In this document: positions 41,861 through 55,026 of the stretch, in pieces
Layout of the letters: each line of letters begins with the position of its first letter
Position numbering within the stretch: position 1 is the first letter of the stretch
Origin: Takakia lepidozioides
Taxonomy: Eukaryota > Plantae > Bryophyta
Reading direction: 5' to 3'
Length of the DNA stretch: 64,000 nt
NCBI GenBank assembly: GCA_030704615.1
Contig: CM060731.1
Coordinates: 45,446,001 to 45,510,000, forward strand
Position numbers and translations under genes: made by a program
Notes under the pieces: generated by a model
Seen by the model: only the letters and a program-made list of their open reading frames with translations
Told to the model about the DNA's origin: nothing
Database searches by the model: none

Positions 41861-44800
41861 TTAGTGGCCAGCCGTAGGTGTATCCAGCGTGGATCCGGTG
41901 TTCTAAAATACTTAGACTTAGATGCAGAGGAAGAGGGGATACATTGTACTGACTCTGAGTCAGACTGAACTGTATTCTTTTAATATTCATTTTCATATTA
42001 TCTGGAAAACGTTGAATCCCCTTCCTCCACCGTAGTTGTTCCTTTAGAACAAATAATAATCACAGAGTCAACTTTCGTTTAAATTGCAATATGTATGAAT
42101 CCATCTCACAAACCTTCCTGACTCTTCTCATATCCATTGTGCATTCATCTACACTGTATTCATGCGTGCTCCATTCATGAATGTTTTCCTTTGTACAACA
42201 TCCATTGTACATTCATCCTGTGTACTCTTTAATCCACCCCACAAACCTTCCACACTCATTTCATATACGTTGTGCATTCGTCAAAAGATTTGGTCATGCA
42301 TCTTCATGTCATGAATTTTTGTCATTGCTCAACATCCATTATACATTCATCCATTTTACTCTTATCCATCCCTCATTCATCCATCTACATTCATTTTTCA
42401 CACTCATCCATATGTTTATCATCCAACTGTACATTCATCCATCCTTTATTCAATGCCTTTTATTATGTCGTCCAGCTTGTTTCCGCGGTAAAGGGTGCCA
42501 ATCCGCGGGAATACACTCCACTTCTTTCTGGGCGCGTGGTGACGCGGCCTTCACGTGTGATGACGTGGAGTGAGCCCCGTGACGTGGCATTTGCGCAAGG
42601 TGACGTGGCGTGAGCGCAGTTGCGCTCACACGCTCACGTGACCAGGCTCACGCTGAGGCATCCCTGCAGTTCGTGGAAGAGGCTTCAATTGCCGGCCCCG
42701 TTCATTCTCGGTGGATGTATTACCTTGAGCGATACATGAAGACTTTGAAAGCACATGTAAGACAAATGGCACACCCGGAGGGTAGCATGGCGGAGGGTAT
42801 ATATTGCAAGAGACTATGTTCTACTGGATGGAGTACTTGGCAAGGGTGGATAAGGAAGCCCCTCCGATGTGGAAGGAAGATGAGGATGTACGAACCAATG
42901 ACATCGTTTTGCCCAAAAATTCAAAGAGGGTAATAATTACCCATCGTGGTAATTAACCAAGCGCATGAGTTCATACTGAAGAACACCCCATCCATACATG
43001 AGTGGGAGACAAGATACAATAACCTTGTTCAGCAATGACAGGAGGAGACGGTTGCGTGGAGGCGGAACCATGCAAGGGCGACTACACGCGCTCCGCGAGC
43101 AACGGGCTGGCGTAAGAATGTGCCTTCACAAGAATTGCCCATGGAATTGCAGCCTCTAAGTTCATTCCGCCATTGGCTTCGGACTGAAGTAGAGGATAGC
43201 ATTGCGAAAGGTGAGGTGGTTTCAGATTTGGTGCAAGACATTGCAAGGGGCCCCTGTCAATTTGCGACCTCATACACGGCGGTTTGGGTTCATGGTCGTC
43301 ATTTCCGCATTCGTGCTCTTGACATGAAGCGCAAAACAAAGTTTGATTCTGGCTTGTGTGTCTCATATTGGCAAGACTCCGTGTGGGGCAGGGGAGATAC
43401 ACGACTTACCATGAGCACACTCAACTACTTTATTTTGTGGGGCCATCCGCAACAATAGTGAAAGATGAGTGTGGTTTCATGTGCGTCAATACAGATAGGC
43501 TCGAGTCTACTCATCGTCCCTCCGATGAGCCTTTTTCATGGCCTTCAGACATGGAGCAACTTTTATTCTCCGGATTAGGAAATTGGAAGGTGGTTGTGCA
43601 TGCTCAGCCAAGAGGAAGACGTATATATCATGGTCGGGGATCTACATGGGGCGAGGCAAATGCAGAGGAGGAATAGACTGGTCATGATGACGCTGATATT
43701 GGCCGAGGTTGGATAAAGGGGGTACAAGAGAATGATGACGCCCCGGGCAATGCATCCCGGACCCTATACGATGAGGCTCCATCAGATGCAGATGTTGGAG
43801 AAGAAGATGAAGACATGGTCATTGAAACCAAGGTGGAAGATGATTCAAATGTGCCTTTTGGTGACTAGGCCATTTATGACAATGACTCTGATGAGCAAGA
43901 AGACTTGTAGCTTGATGAGGACGAAGAAGCTCCAGATAATGATGTTCAAGTTGATTAGACACGTAATCAAAGCTACATAATAATTCTCGCACAAAATTGT
44001 GCCCATCCCTTCGATTGATTGTACATGTACATGCATGTAGCTTATTTCTATGATTGATTAATGAAAAATCCATGAAAAAAAATCCTTTGTAGGTGTGACG
44101 ATCTAGGAATGATTCTAGTGAAGTTGTGACTCGAAAAAGTGACTCTAGGATTGTTGAGTTTTTGTACGAGGGCAAGAATGTTGGATGACATGGTTCTTGT
44201 TCTACAAGTGCTGACCAAGACTTACCCGTGGATACCCTTCAATCGATTTGGTTACCATGATCTCGATGCAACAGAAAGAATCTTCGAAATTGGTGTGAAA
44301 GACAACGATGTTGCTAAAGCCATTGCCAAAGCAATCTACCCTCAACCCTCTAATCCCATGGCACTTCCCTTTTCCTTTCCTAGTGTCCCCACCCCCTCTT
44401 CCTGCCCTTTGTCTTTAACAATAAGGCCGCCCGGGTTGATCACAGTCTCCCACATCCAAGATAGACCGGTTATATTGTAGCACAGAAGGAGGACTAAAAA
44501 GATTTGCAACAATGGATCCATTCAGCTTGGCCTCTGCCATGACCTTTGCAAAGGCGATATTGCGATTCTCTGTCGTCACAAACCTGTTGGGGCATCGCAA
44601 TGCCGTCGCAAGGCGACCCCTGGAGGTCGCAACCCCCTACATTTACAATATCTATGATTGCGGATTTGTCCTACGTAATGATTTTTGTTTTAGCTCTATT
44701 TTGTTTTGTGAATGCAAACCCCAGACCACTACATCCATGGAAAAAAAAAATTAAAAAAAAAAACAAAAAAAAAAAAACAAACAGTTTCCTTCACTCACTA

Positions 44801-45611
44801 TTGCGGAACTCTCTATGAAGAGTGCATGAAGTTGAAAAGAACTCAACTTGGGAGTGCAAATGAGGGAAGAAAATATGGTTTTCAGTCCAAATGATTTTTG
44901 TTCACTCCCAAAATTTGCATACGCATTGCAAATGCTGTCATTAAGTATATGGCTTGGGAACGGAATAAAACAAAATCATGTGCATGTGCAAAAAATCATC
45001 ATCCCACCTGAGGGGATGAGGAGGAGGATGTGGTGGCGGCCGTCAAGTTTGCTGGGATCGGCACCAATGGTGGTAGAAAGAACTCTGGCCCTGTTATACA
45101 ATAAGAGAGAATGAGCACTATAAAGATTGGAAGAAGGGGATCAATTGACCCTGGCCTCTGCCATGACCTTTGCAAAGAGACATTAAATAGGGCCTCTCTG
45201 CGACTCCCGGACGTCGCATTACCGCTGACGGGCGACTTCTAGCAGTCGCAACCCCCGCGAGGTGGTGTGCCCTAGCCACGTGGCGGCCAAGAGGGAAATG
45301 ACATCCTTGCGACTCCCCAACGTCGCGGCCCTGCAGGAGCGTCGCCCCAGCAGGCATGCGATTGTGGGGAATTGCAACCTCGCCATTGTGGCATTTCGGC
45401 GATGTCTGGACGTCGCAAACCCCAGCGCGACCTGACTCGGCCCTCCCCACGCGCCTAAGTGTGAGGGGGTGTTGTTGCAATTCCCGGCAGTCGCAGCCTT
45501 GCGGAGGCATCGCAGAGGGTAAGTGCGACGCCCGGGCGTCGCAAACCCCAGCTCGCTAGCGGGTCATCCCCAACAGCAGCGACGTGACGGAATCGCAAGC
45601 AGGCGAAGCGA

Positions 45612-46952
45612 CCCTGCTATGCCCATACATACCTGGCTGGTGAGTTCCACCTTCCTCTGGATTCTGGGAAGGCCTCTAGCAGACCTGCAATTTGACCCCA
45701 AAGAATGGAGTTGGCCATTCAAAGGATCCCCAACCCCCTTCTTTGCATATACCACTAGGAAGGCATACAGAGCCATCGCAGCCCCGGAACCCCTGCATGA
45801 TAAATGGAACACGAAATGGCAATCCTACGGTTTCAACAATGAGAATTGGAAAGCTATCTGGAGCTCTATATGGAAAAAGACTAGGCCTGCAAAATTATCT
45901 GCGTTCCTCTGACAGATTGCAAACAGGGTGTTTAAAGTGGGAGAGTGGCTGCAATTTCAGGACGCTCTTCTATGCAAATGTTGTACCTCAGGCTTGCTGG
46001 AAACGCTCGAGCATTGCCTTCTAGGCTGCCACGCTCCCAGGAAAATCTGGACCCTGGTGAAAGGACTATACAGAGATTGGGACCCTCAGCCATTGTCACC
46101 TATCAAGCTGCTGCTTAACTATGACACACACTCTAAAAGAACAGCAATACGCTGTCCGGTCTTTGAGTCTCTTCGAGCATCTACTCTATGGCACATATGG
46201 AAATCACGGTGTGCCTGGTCACTGTCACATTCAACATGCTCTATGTCTGTACTGCTCTCAAAAAATTTCTAGGACTTACAAATTGAGGCAAGAAAGGCAT
46301 GGTTGAAACTGTGTGCAGATATTCAAAGGCCCCCCCAAAATGCAGTAGGGTTGCATGCCTCATTCCGGAGCACTTGGGCAGTTGGCGGGCACCTCTGCAC
46401 TACCAGCGATCAATCAACATGCTACTGGTCAACACTTCCCCCCGTCTCTTGGAGGGATCTCAGGACAACAATCCATGGGGGCATCCCCAGAGTTTGACAG
46501 GGATGTTAACTGGAGGCACATCAAGACGGCAGCCAGGCTCAGGTTTCGTTAGACAACAACATATCCTCCAATGGACCCAAGCAGCGTAGCCAATCTTGTT
46601 CAGCTGAATCTTCGCATAGTGATGCTTACCTTGAAATGCAGTTACAAATCCTAGTCTGCAGTCTGTAGAGCTCTTGCTCGTCCACCCCGACCTCCTAAGC
46701 ATCCACACCTTAGGGCTCACTAAAACACTTCTCCTCTCGTTCAGCAATCCAACATTGAGAGGAAGACTAGCACTATTTCACAGATCCACTGTGGAGATGT
46801 TTAGCATCCATCTAGGTTGATGCTAGTTGTTCTCGCATTGATACACTCCATATAGGAGGACAGTTCCACCTTCACTGATTACGGTGTGTGTGCCTGTATG
46901 GCGTTTCAACGGGGTTTTAATTTTTTTCCCCACAAATAATTATTATAATAAA
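45612..46952 (+). mobile_element. 5'-truncated LINE fragment of the same broad family as 20410-22069
   Basis: EWSWPFKGSPTPFFAYTTRKAY, CKCCTSGLLETLEHCLLGC, LWHIWKSRCAW; AT-rich tail. Confidence 0.8.
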
Positions 46953-46969
46953 GTTTCAGGGCCGCTGCC

Positions 46970-47519
46970 TGTGATACCAGATTCCGGCGCTATGGGTTTG
47001 TTCCCCTTCCTCAATTGGACTTGACCCTATCTGGGGAATATAGTCAGTAGAAGGGCCTGACAGAGAAGACGGAATCTTTCTAAGAGGACGCCACAGACCC
47101 AGACCTTCAACACTTTCATCCAACCACTTAGGCACACCGTTACGCCCAACGAATGCTCGTGTAAGACTCAAAAGCCACCACCCTCACTGCCACGGCAGTA
47201 AGGCTTAAATAGCATTAGGTAATAATCTAATCTTAGTGCCATGTGACACTTACACATAGGTCCACCAGATGTCCTTCCAGCATAGCCATAGAAAGAAGCC
47301 AGATCACCCAGTCCCATCCTAATCTGATCCTAAACTAGCTGTTAGAATAAGACAGCCCCTAATAAAGCCATCAGCTGTTGCCAGCTCATCCTCATGCACA
47401 AGGTGTAAGTCCATCCAGCTTTCATCCAGGCTTCGTCCATCCCTTAAATCATCCGGAGCGCATCCCTCCTCCATCCATCCATGTCGAAAAGTAAGGTGAG
47501 AAGGAATCCCAGCTCCACA
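46970..47519 (-). repeat. 3' LTR of outer Gypsy
   Basis: High identity to 59377-59916; TG...CA ends. Confidence 0.9.
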
Positions 47520-47884
47520 TATGTGATGTCTGCTGGGGCCATAAGGAATTGCGAGCTCCTGCGAGTGATGAGCTCAGGGAGGACAAAAATGAAGCCTAGC
47601 CAAAACAAGCTACACACCCGGCACACAAGGGATGCAAAAACCTAGGGAAGAAAACCTCATCTATCAAGCTGGGTGGAGGACAAAACATCCCTCAGGAAAA
47701 ACCCCAAGTGCTACAAATGGTGTAGAAAACTAGCACGAAATTCAAACATTACTCTAAAGAAGAGGTTGTCAGATTGCGAGCTGTCCGAGCTGTGGGGGTG
47801 AAGATCTTCTAACAGTTCTCAACATTCAAATAGGTTAGATCAAAAGTAAGAGTGCATGGAACAAGGAATAAAACATGAATGGAG

Positions 47885-50085
47885 CTAGCTAAGTGAGGAG
47901 TAGAGGCATGTTGTGGGAGCAAGACATACATACTGCCTGCCAGGAAGAATATCGTAGATAAGGTAAGGGCCATCAATGCGTCGTTTAGCCTTGGAAATCT
48001 GCTTACCAGGCTGGAGTTTCACACAAACTGACTGGCCTACCTTGAATGACTCAGAATATACAACACGGCGGTTGTAATTCTTTGCCTGAGCAGCTTGAGC
48101 AAACACAATGTTAGATTTGGCAGTTTCCCTCAAACTACGCCGTTTAGCATCCATGGAAAGCAAGAAGGTTTCCCAATTCTCAGGCTCAGTAGCCGAGACC
48201 TGCAGCCAGGAAATATGCCAAGGGGTCCTACATTTCCTACCATACAAAAGTTCAAAAGGTGAGATTTTGGTACTGGCATGGATAGAGGTCCTATAGGCAA
48301 AGAGCAGAATAGGCACAGCAATATCCCATTCATCAATGAGTGTCCCATTCTTCTCGAGCATCTGGCATATAGTTTTGTTAAATCGTTCTATCAAACCATT
48401 GTATTGGGGATTGTAGGGAGCAGTAACGGCATGCTTAGTGTTGAGATTAAACAAGACAATCTCTATAAGTTGGTTACAGAACTCTGTACCTTGATCCGTG
48501 AGGATTTCCCGAGGGCAACCATGACAAAGAATCACCTTATCAAAGAAGAATTGCACCACCTCATCACTATCCTTAACAACCAGAGGTCGGAGCTCAACCC
48601 ATTTTGTCAGGTAGTCCGTTGCAACCGCAAGGTATGCATGGTCCTTGGACGTGGATTTAAGGGGTCCGACTAGATCTTATCCAACCCTGGCAAATGGTTT
48701 AGTCACTGGGATAGGCTGTAAAGGCAAGGGAGCGTCGGTTCTAGGCAGGATGGTCTTAGCATGACAGGGCACACACCTTGCAATGAAAGCTGAGACATCT
48801 TTAACTAAGCATTTTCAGTGATACTGCTCCTGTAATCTCTTGACAGTTTTAGCAACCCCCAAATGGCCAGCATAAGTAGAAGCATGGTATAATTCAAGTA
48901 AAGCAGGGACAACGGACCTAAAAGGGACTTCCACAGCATACCTTCCAAAGCAGTGACTCTGAACAATCTCCCTTCACTTTCCCGGTGGCTGGCTAAGTGA
49001 TAGTTGACTTGCCTCATGAGCAGCTTGGATATGCCACTAAGGTGGGTGTCGGTTTTGCACCTATGGAGAAGAGCATTGTATAATGGATCATCCATGCCTA
49101 CATCACTCATGGCCACACAACAGCAGGTTAGTGCAGGCGAGAAGAAAGTGGCAGCCCCCGTTCTCTTCCTTTCGGAATCTTGACTTCATTTTCAGTTGGC
49201 TGCCTATGAGGAGGCAAGCAGGCTGTAAGGCACAGCTCAGTCCCTCGGTCAGAAAACAAACCAAGGCAGGCGCCAGACAAGATGGGCAGTGCTAAGGTAA
49301 GGAAGAGTACCAGACTAAGCTGCAGGATACCAGACCAAAATTCATGCCAATATGAGGGGAAGTTTAGCCAACATCAAACTGTAGAAGATCCCAAGTGTCA
49401 AGTAAATATGGAGGAACATAAGGATAATCCAACAAATGACACAAGGCGTAGGGGTCTGAAATAGGTACAGTAGGTGAGGGAGATCGTTCAGCAAGGGAGA
49501 CAAGATCACTTAAGGTAGTGTAGGGTGCAGGGATTTTGGATTCGCCTCTAGTCAAAGCATTTGCATTAACATTGTCCTTCCCACGCTTGTATGAGATGGT
49601 GAAGTCATAGCCTTGCAAGATTAGAGCCCATCTAGCTAACCTTCCAGTGAGTTCACGATGAGTTAGCAAGGCTTTTAAAGGGAGATGGTCAGTTTCAACG
49701 GTAAAATGACAGCCATGCAAATATTGCCTAAAATATTTGACGCCAAAGATAACGGCAAGGCCTTTCTTGTTAGTGATGGAGTAATTGCGTTCATGTTTAT
49801 CAAGGCGGCGAGAGGCGTAGGCGATGGCATGCTCCTGACCACCTTGAATCTGGCTTAACACAACAGAGATAGCGAGATCACTGGCATCAGTTTGCAAGAG
49901 AAATGGCAAGGTAAAATCAGGATAGGCAAGCACAGGAGCAGAGGCAATTTTGAGCTTCTCAAATGCTGACGTTTCTGCAGTACCCCAGACAAAACGAGCA
50001 TCCTTGGATAACAAGCGAATGAGGGGAGCAGCTAACTTGGCAAACTGAAAAATGAAGCGACGATAGTAAGAACCCAAGCCTAGAA
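47885..50085 (-). pseudogene. Outer Gypsy RNase H and integrase
   Basis: ORFs 49364-50095 and 47885-48559, plus intervening frameshifted HHCC region. Confidence 0.9.
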
Positions 50086-53000
50086 TGTCGCGCACCTCAC
50101 TTTGGTAAGCTCCCTCCTCAAGTCATAGTTACTCGCTTGATGCGCGCGCCTAACTCCCTCCGTGCCTGCCTCAAACTTCACTTCTCTCCGCTTCCGATTC
50201 GCCTGCCTTTCATATCGTTTCCTAGCTTTGGCAATGTTGTACTTTGCGAGCTTCAACAAACGCTCGCGTTCTTCCAGTACCGCCGCTACTGCCGGTTCCT
50301 CAACGTCCTGGGCGGCCCAACTTGTCAGCACCAGAGGTGCTTTTCCATAGACCAATACGAAAGGGGAAACTCCCATTGCGGAGTGTTCTGTGTTATTATA
50401 ACAGAACTTTGCCGCGTCTAAGTGTTCCACCCAGTCTGTTTGGTCTGCCGACACGTAATTCCGCAAGATCTGCTTCACTACGGAATTCACTCTTTCCGTT
50501 TGGCCGTCAGTCGTAGGTCAGAAGGCGGTGCTCATCTTCAGCCTCGTCCCCATCTTCTTCCAAAGTGCCCTCCAAAATTTACTCGTAAACTTTGGATCGC
50601 GGTCCGAGACAATATCCTTCGGGACTCCATGATGCTTTAAGACGTGGGTGAAGTAAAGTCGCCCTGTTTCCTGCGCCGTTGCCGTCTCCTTGGTGGGGAT
50701 GAAATGGCCCATTTTATTGAACCTATCCACCACCACCATGATTGCATCGAATTCTTTTGACAGCGGCATAGCAGTCATGAAATCCATCGAGACGCTTTCC
50801 CAAGTCCCCTCTGGAATCGGCAAAGGTTGTAACAGCCCCGCTTGCTTTTTGTACTCGCTCCGGTTTTGTTGGCATGTGGTGCATGTCTTGACATACTCCT
50901 CTGCCTCCTCCCTCAGTTTGGGCCAGAAATACTCTTTCTTCAAGAGTGCCGCAGTGCGCTTGGCTCCGCCGTGGCCCGCAAGCGGGCTATCTCTGATCCC
51001 TCCCTTCGGCACGTAGAGACGCTTTTGCTTATACCGGAGCAGTCAATTTTGCAAGTGGAACTGCGATTTAACCCCCATCCTCAAGTCCTACATCACGGAC
51101 TTCGCCAGCTCATCCTTCCGGCAAGCCTTCCGGATCTTCCTTTGGAGCGCCGTCTCGCCCCTGTACACCAACATGAGCTGCTGCTTTCTACTTAAAGCAT
51201 CGGCCACCACGTTGTCCCGTCCCGGTTTGTACTGGATATCTACGTCGAACACCGCCAAAGTATCTTGCCACCTAAGTTGTTTTGGGGACAACTTAGGCTG
51301 CGTGGCAAAATACTTCATTGTGACATTGTCCGTGAACACCTTCACTGGGTTGGAACCAACATAGTGGCGCCAAAGCTCAAGACAGTGCACCACCGCCTTC
51401 ATCTCTTTCTCATGCGTCGGCCACCTTCGCTCCACTTTATTCAGTTTCTTACTTTCGTAAGCCACTGGACGTCCATCTTGCATCAGTACACCCCCAATCG
51501 CGAAGTCCGACGCATCTGTATGAATCTCAAACGGACGATCGAACTCCGGGATTTTCAAGACTGGAGCTTCCGCCATCCGCTGCTTCAATTCAGCAAAAGC
51601 TTGGCCACAAAAGGTGTTCCATGCCCAGACTTTGGATTTACACAGAAGGTCTGACAGCGGCCCCGCGATCTTGGCGAAATTTCTCACATACTTCCGGTAA
51701 TAGGAGGCGAGTCCTAGGAAGGATCGCACTCCCGGGACCGAAGTCGGAGGCTCCCAGTCCAAGATTGCCCTCACCTTCATGTCATCCATTCTGATCCCAT
51801 CCTGTGTAATCACATGCCCCAGGAACTCCACTTTTGTGACCCCGAATTCGCACTATGAAGCTTTAGCATACAGCTTCCCTTCCCACAATTTCTGGAACAC
51901 CCTTTTGAGGTGCTCCAGGTGCTCCTCCTTTGTTTTCGAATACACCAAGATGTCGTCGATGTACACGATCACAAAGTCATCCAACCACTCCTGGAAAAGG
52001 CTGTTCATCAGCGTGCTAAAGGTCGCGGGAGCGTTGGTGAGTCCAAAAGGCATCACCAAGAATTCATATGAACCATACCTTGTCCTGCACGCGGTCTTTT
52101 CCTCATCTCCTTCCGCCACTCGAATTTGATGATAGCCGGAGTGCAGATCGATCCGGCTAAAATACTTCGCTCCTGCCAACCGATCGAAAAGGTCGTCGAT
52201 CCTTGGCAAAGGGTACCGGTTTTTGATAGTCATCTTATTCAAAGTCCTGTCACACATCCGCAGCGTCCCATCCTTCTTGTCTACGAATAGCACCGGGGCT
52301 CCGTAAGGTGACTTACTCGGCCGGATGTACCCCTTTGACATTAGATCTTTGAGCTGAGTCTTCAGCTCGACCAACTCTCTGTGGCTCAACCGGTAGGGCG
52401 CCTTGGCAGGCGGTTCTGATCCCGGTATCACCTCAATCTTGTGGTCAACTCCTCTTCGCGGTGGCAAGCCGCTTGGTAAATCCTCCGGCATCACATCCTG
52501 GTATTTCTCCAAAATCCCCTTGATCCAATCTGGGCTCGGCTCCCCATTGCCTTCTCCCTTCACTTCTCTAATGTAAAGCAAAAACTGGGGCTCGTGTGCC
52601 TCCTCCACGGCCCACTCCCTTGCTGACAGAAGGTTTATTCGCCCTCCCACGGGTTTGGGCGTTTCCGACACTCGTAAGACCTCGCCACCATTCCCACATG
52701 GCAGCGTGACTACTCTCTTGCGGCCATCTACGACCGCTCCGGATTTGCTCAAAAAGATCATCCCCAAAATGAGATCCACTCCATCGATCTCGCAGATGGT
52801 GAAGTTCTCACGTCCCTCCTAACTCCCCAGTTGAAGAGGAACATCAAACGCCAACCTTGTCGCCAATTGCGGTTCTCCTTTGGCAGAACGCACCTCAATA
52901 GAGGCCCCCACGTCACTTGTCGTGAGTCCCAGCTTTTGTGCCGTTGCCGGTGTCATGAAGGAGTGCGACGCTCCTGTGTCCACCAACAACGACACGTTAG

Positions 53001-54286
53001 TTCCGGATATTATCCCATCCACGAACAATAACTGACTCCCTTTACGTAAGGCGCCAGTTTCCTGATACAACTCACAAGAAAATTTGCCTACCTTGCAAGT
53101 CCTGGCGACCACCGCTTCCACCAAACGACTGATGGTATCTTCCGACAGCTCTGTGGTCGCCCGAGTCATGTTCAATTGTCGGGGCTTCGTGCACTTCTTG
53201 GCCATGTGCCCGGGCTCCCCGCAATTGAAACACACTCCATGAAAGGTCGCCTTCTGTCCGCCATAGGCCGCTCCACCCGCTTTTCCTTTCGAAGCACCGG
53301 TTGCTGCCTTGACTTGTGAAGGCCCTCCCTTCGATTTCCACGTGCCATTGTCGCCGCGTGGCCTATCCCACTTCTTTTCCGGTCGGAAGGAGTCACCTTC
53401 CCGCCGGATCTTCTTGTGGTTCAGCTCCGTACGGCCTTGTCTTTTACCCTTAGGGACATCCGAGAAACATTCAGCCTCTCAATTGTCTCGTTCAAAGTCT
53501 TAGGTGGCTTCTCCTCCAACTTCCGCCTAGCCCATGGGGCCAGTCCTGCCACAAAGTTGAAGACCATTTCTGGTTCTGCCATGTCCGCGACTTCGAGCAA
53601 TAGCACATTGAAAGCCTGGACATATCCCCGAATGTCATCTGTTTGCTTCAAATTCCTCATCTTGTCCCGGGCGAGCCAGGATGCGTTGAGGGGCACAAAC
53701 TGCCTCTTCATCAATTCCTTGAACCCACTCCAGTCCAAGGTTTCCGGGCTTGGACCTCGGTCGTGAAGGCGTTTCCGCCACCATTGTTGAGCATAGCCCC
53801 TCAAATAGGTGGGAGCCACTTCCACCCGATCCTCATCACTCAATTTGGCCGCCCGGAAGTACTGCTCTAGCTCCAAGAGCCAGTTGTTGAGTGCCTTCCG
53901 ATTTTGGACGCCCTCGAAGGTGCCGGGTTCCTTAGGCTTCACATTAAACTTTGCCTGAGTGGAAGTGACATTAGCTGCCTTCAACACGTCTTTCAACGTC
54001 CCGCCAAATTGCGCCAACAACCCTTCCCAAAAGGCTTCTGGCATGGGAGGCATCTGTTGGTCGGTCGGAGCTCTCAGGGATTCCTCAGGCTCCGACTCCT
54101 CAGATTCCTCCCGCTCTTGAGCGGCCTCGTTTTCGGAAACATGCATCGCTTCCTCAAACGGCCACCTCGGTGACACGTCGCCCCCATCGGGCTCACCAGG
54201 ATCATCATCTTTTGGGCCGTTCCGCTTTCGCTTTGGCTTGCCCGACCCCATGATGCTCCCAAGGACGATCGCGTACTGAACTCTAA

Positions 54287-54298
54287 GCTCTGATACCA
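54287..54298 (-). other. Primer-binding site (initiator tRNA-Met) of inner Gypsy
   Basis: TGGTATCAGAGC on the minus strand, 2 nt from the LTR end. Confidence 0.92.
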
Positions 54299-54300
54299 AG

Positions 54301-55026
54301 TGTCGCGCACCTCACTTCAGTAAGCTCCCTCCTCAAGTCATAGTTACTCGCTTGATGCGCGCGCCTAACTCCCAACCTGGCCGCCGGGCCAACTTGGAGC
54401 TCCGGCTGCTCACCGGGGCATAACGGTCCCCCTTTGATCTCCCAAAGAACCCTCCAACGATTTGGAACCAGCGGAATTCCCTTTGGTAGTTGGCAGTCCG
54501 GAACAGCTCCCCACTCTTTGGTCGCTTTCCGGCTCGCTCGCTTACTCACTAGTTTTTGGTCACCAATGGGCTTGCACCGTTCTCGGGGTTACTACTCCAT
54601 ATATATACTTCTGTAGCTGTCCGCGGGGGTTTCACAAACAACCATGCCATTTTATGGCGAACCACCACGAACACCCTCGACTCCCGGTGATGAGTCGCGG
54701 TGAGTCTTGGCCCACCCACCACGGCCCCTATGGACCGTGATGAGTCCCAAGACTCCCCACGACTCCCACCACGAGGTCTCCGCCCCAGGGTGAGTCCTAT
54801 GCCACCCCCACTAAGTCCCGCTAAGCTACCACCACCCCTTGTGGAGCCACCCCCACTGCAACCCGGTGTGCGGGGCTCCACCTAGTGAGCGCCTCCGCCT
54901 CCTTGAGTGCCTTGGGCACTCAAGGGTGCTTCAGCCCCCCCATACCTATCGCTGCCACTGCCCCCACCACAGGGGCAGTCCCTCTTGTGTCCCGACCCCC
55001 TGCCCTCAAGGCAAAGGGCCGCGACA
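54301..55026 (-). repeat. 5' LTR of inner Gypsy (726 bp)
   Basis: 6-bp inverted termini; first ~73 bp match 50086-50158. Confidence 0.92.

Larger units (their letters stand above)
31205..42666. mobile_element. 11,462-bp Mutator-like DNA transposon with two divergent genes
   Basis: 9-bp TSD CAGTTAGTG (31196-31204) / CAGTTCGTG (42667-42675). CA...TG ends with GCGTGAGC exactly 13 nt inside each end, forming an imperfect ~55-bp TIR. Removal restores the CACTA reading frame. Confidence 0.9.
28638..43676 (+). pseudogene. CACTA Tnp2-type transposase, intron-containing and frameshifted, split at 31204/42667
   Basis: HACPCNKTLY..CPKC, DGVNPY..STWPV..NYNIPP, GYHACLHCG, MHIEKNV, GLKSHDYH, FFDIQVHLVVQLV|VEEASIAGPVHSRWMY..ERYMKTLK..PEGSMAEG. 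Confidence 0.92.
24013..45611 (+). mobile_element. CACTA/EnSpm DNA transposon; left end intact, right terminal TAGTG not found
   Basis: CACTACTACG at 24013; CGTCGC/GCGACG-rich subterminal repeats at 24060-24680 and 45200-45610; internal Tnp2-type transposase. Confidence 0.8.
50086..55026 (-). mobile_element. Inner Ty3/Gypsy (chromovirus-like) element inserted at the RT/RH junction of the outer element
   Basis: 5-bp TSD TAGAA (50081-50085, 55027-55031); LTR TGTCGC...GCGACA at 54301-55026; 3' LTR reduced to 50086-50158; gag, [39 protein letters not shown]. Confidence 0.95.

Noticed and set aside
31205-42666. Classification as Zisupton/KDZ, Helitron or Crypton
   Set aside because: D..D-CxxH..E spacing and a 9-bp TSD fit Mutator; no HUH/helicase or tyrosine-recombinase motifs seen
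20410-46952. The two LINE pieces as halves of one split element
   Set aside because: They are in opposite orientations, cover the same 3' region and are clearly diverged
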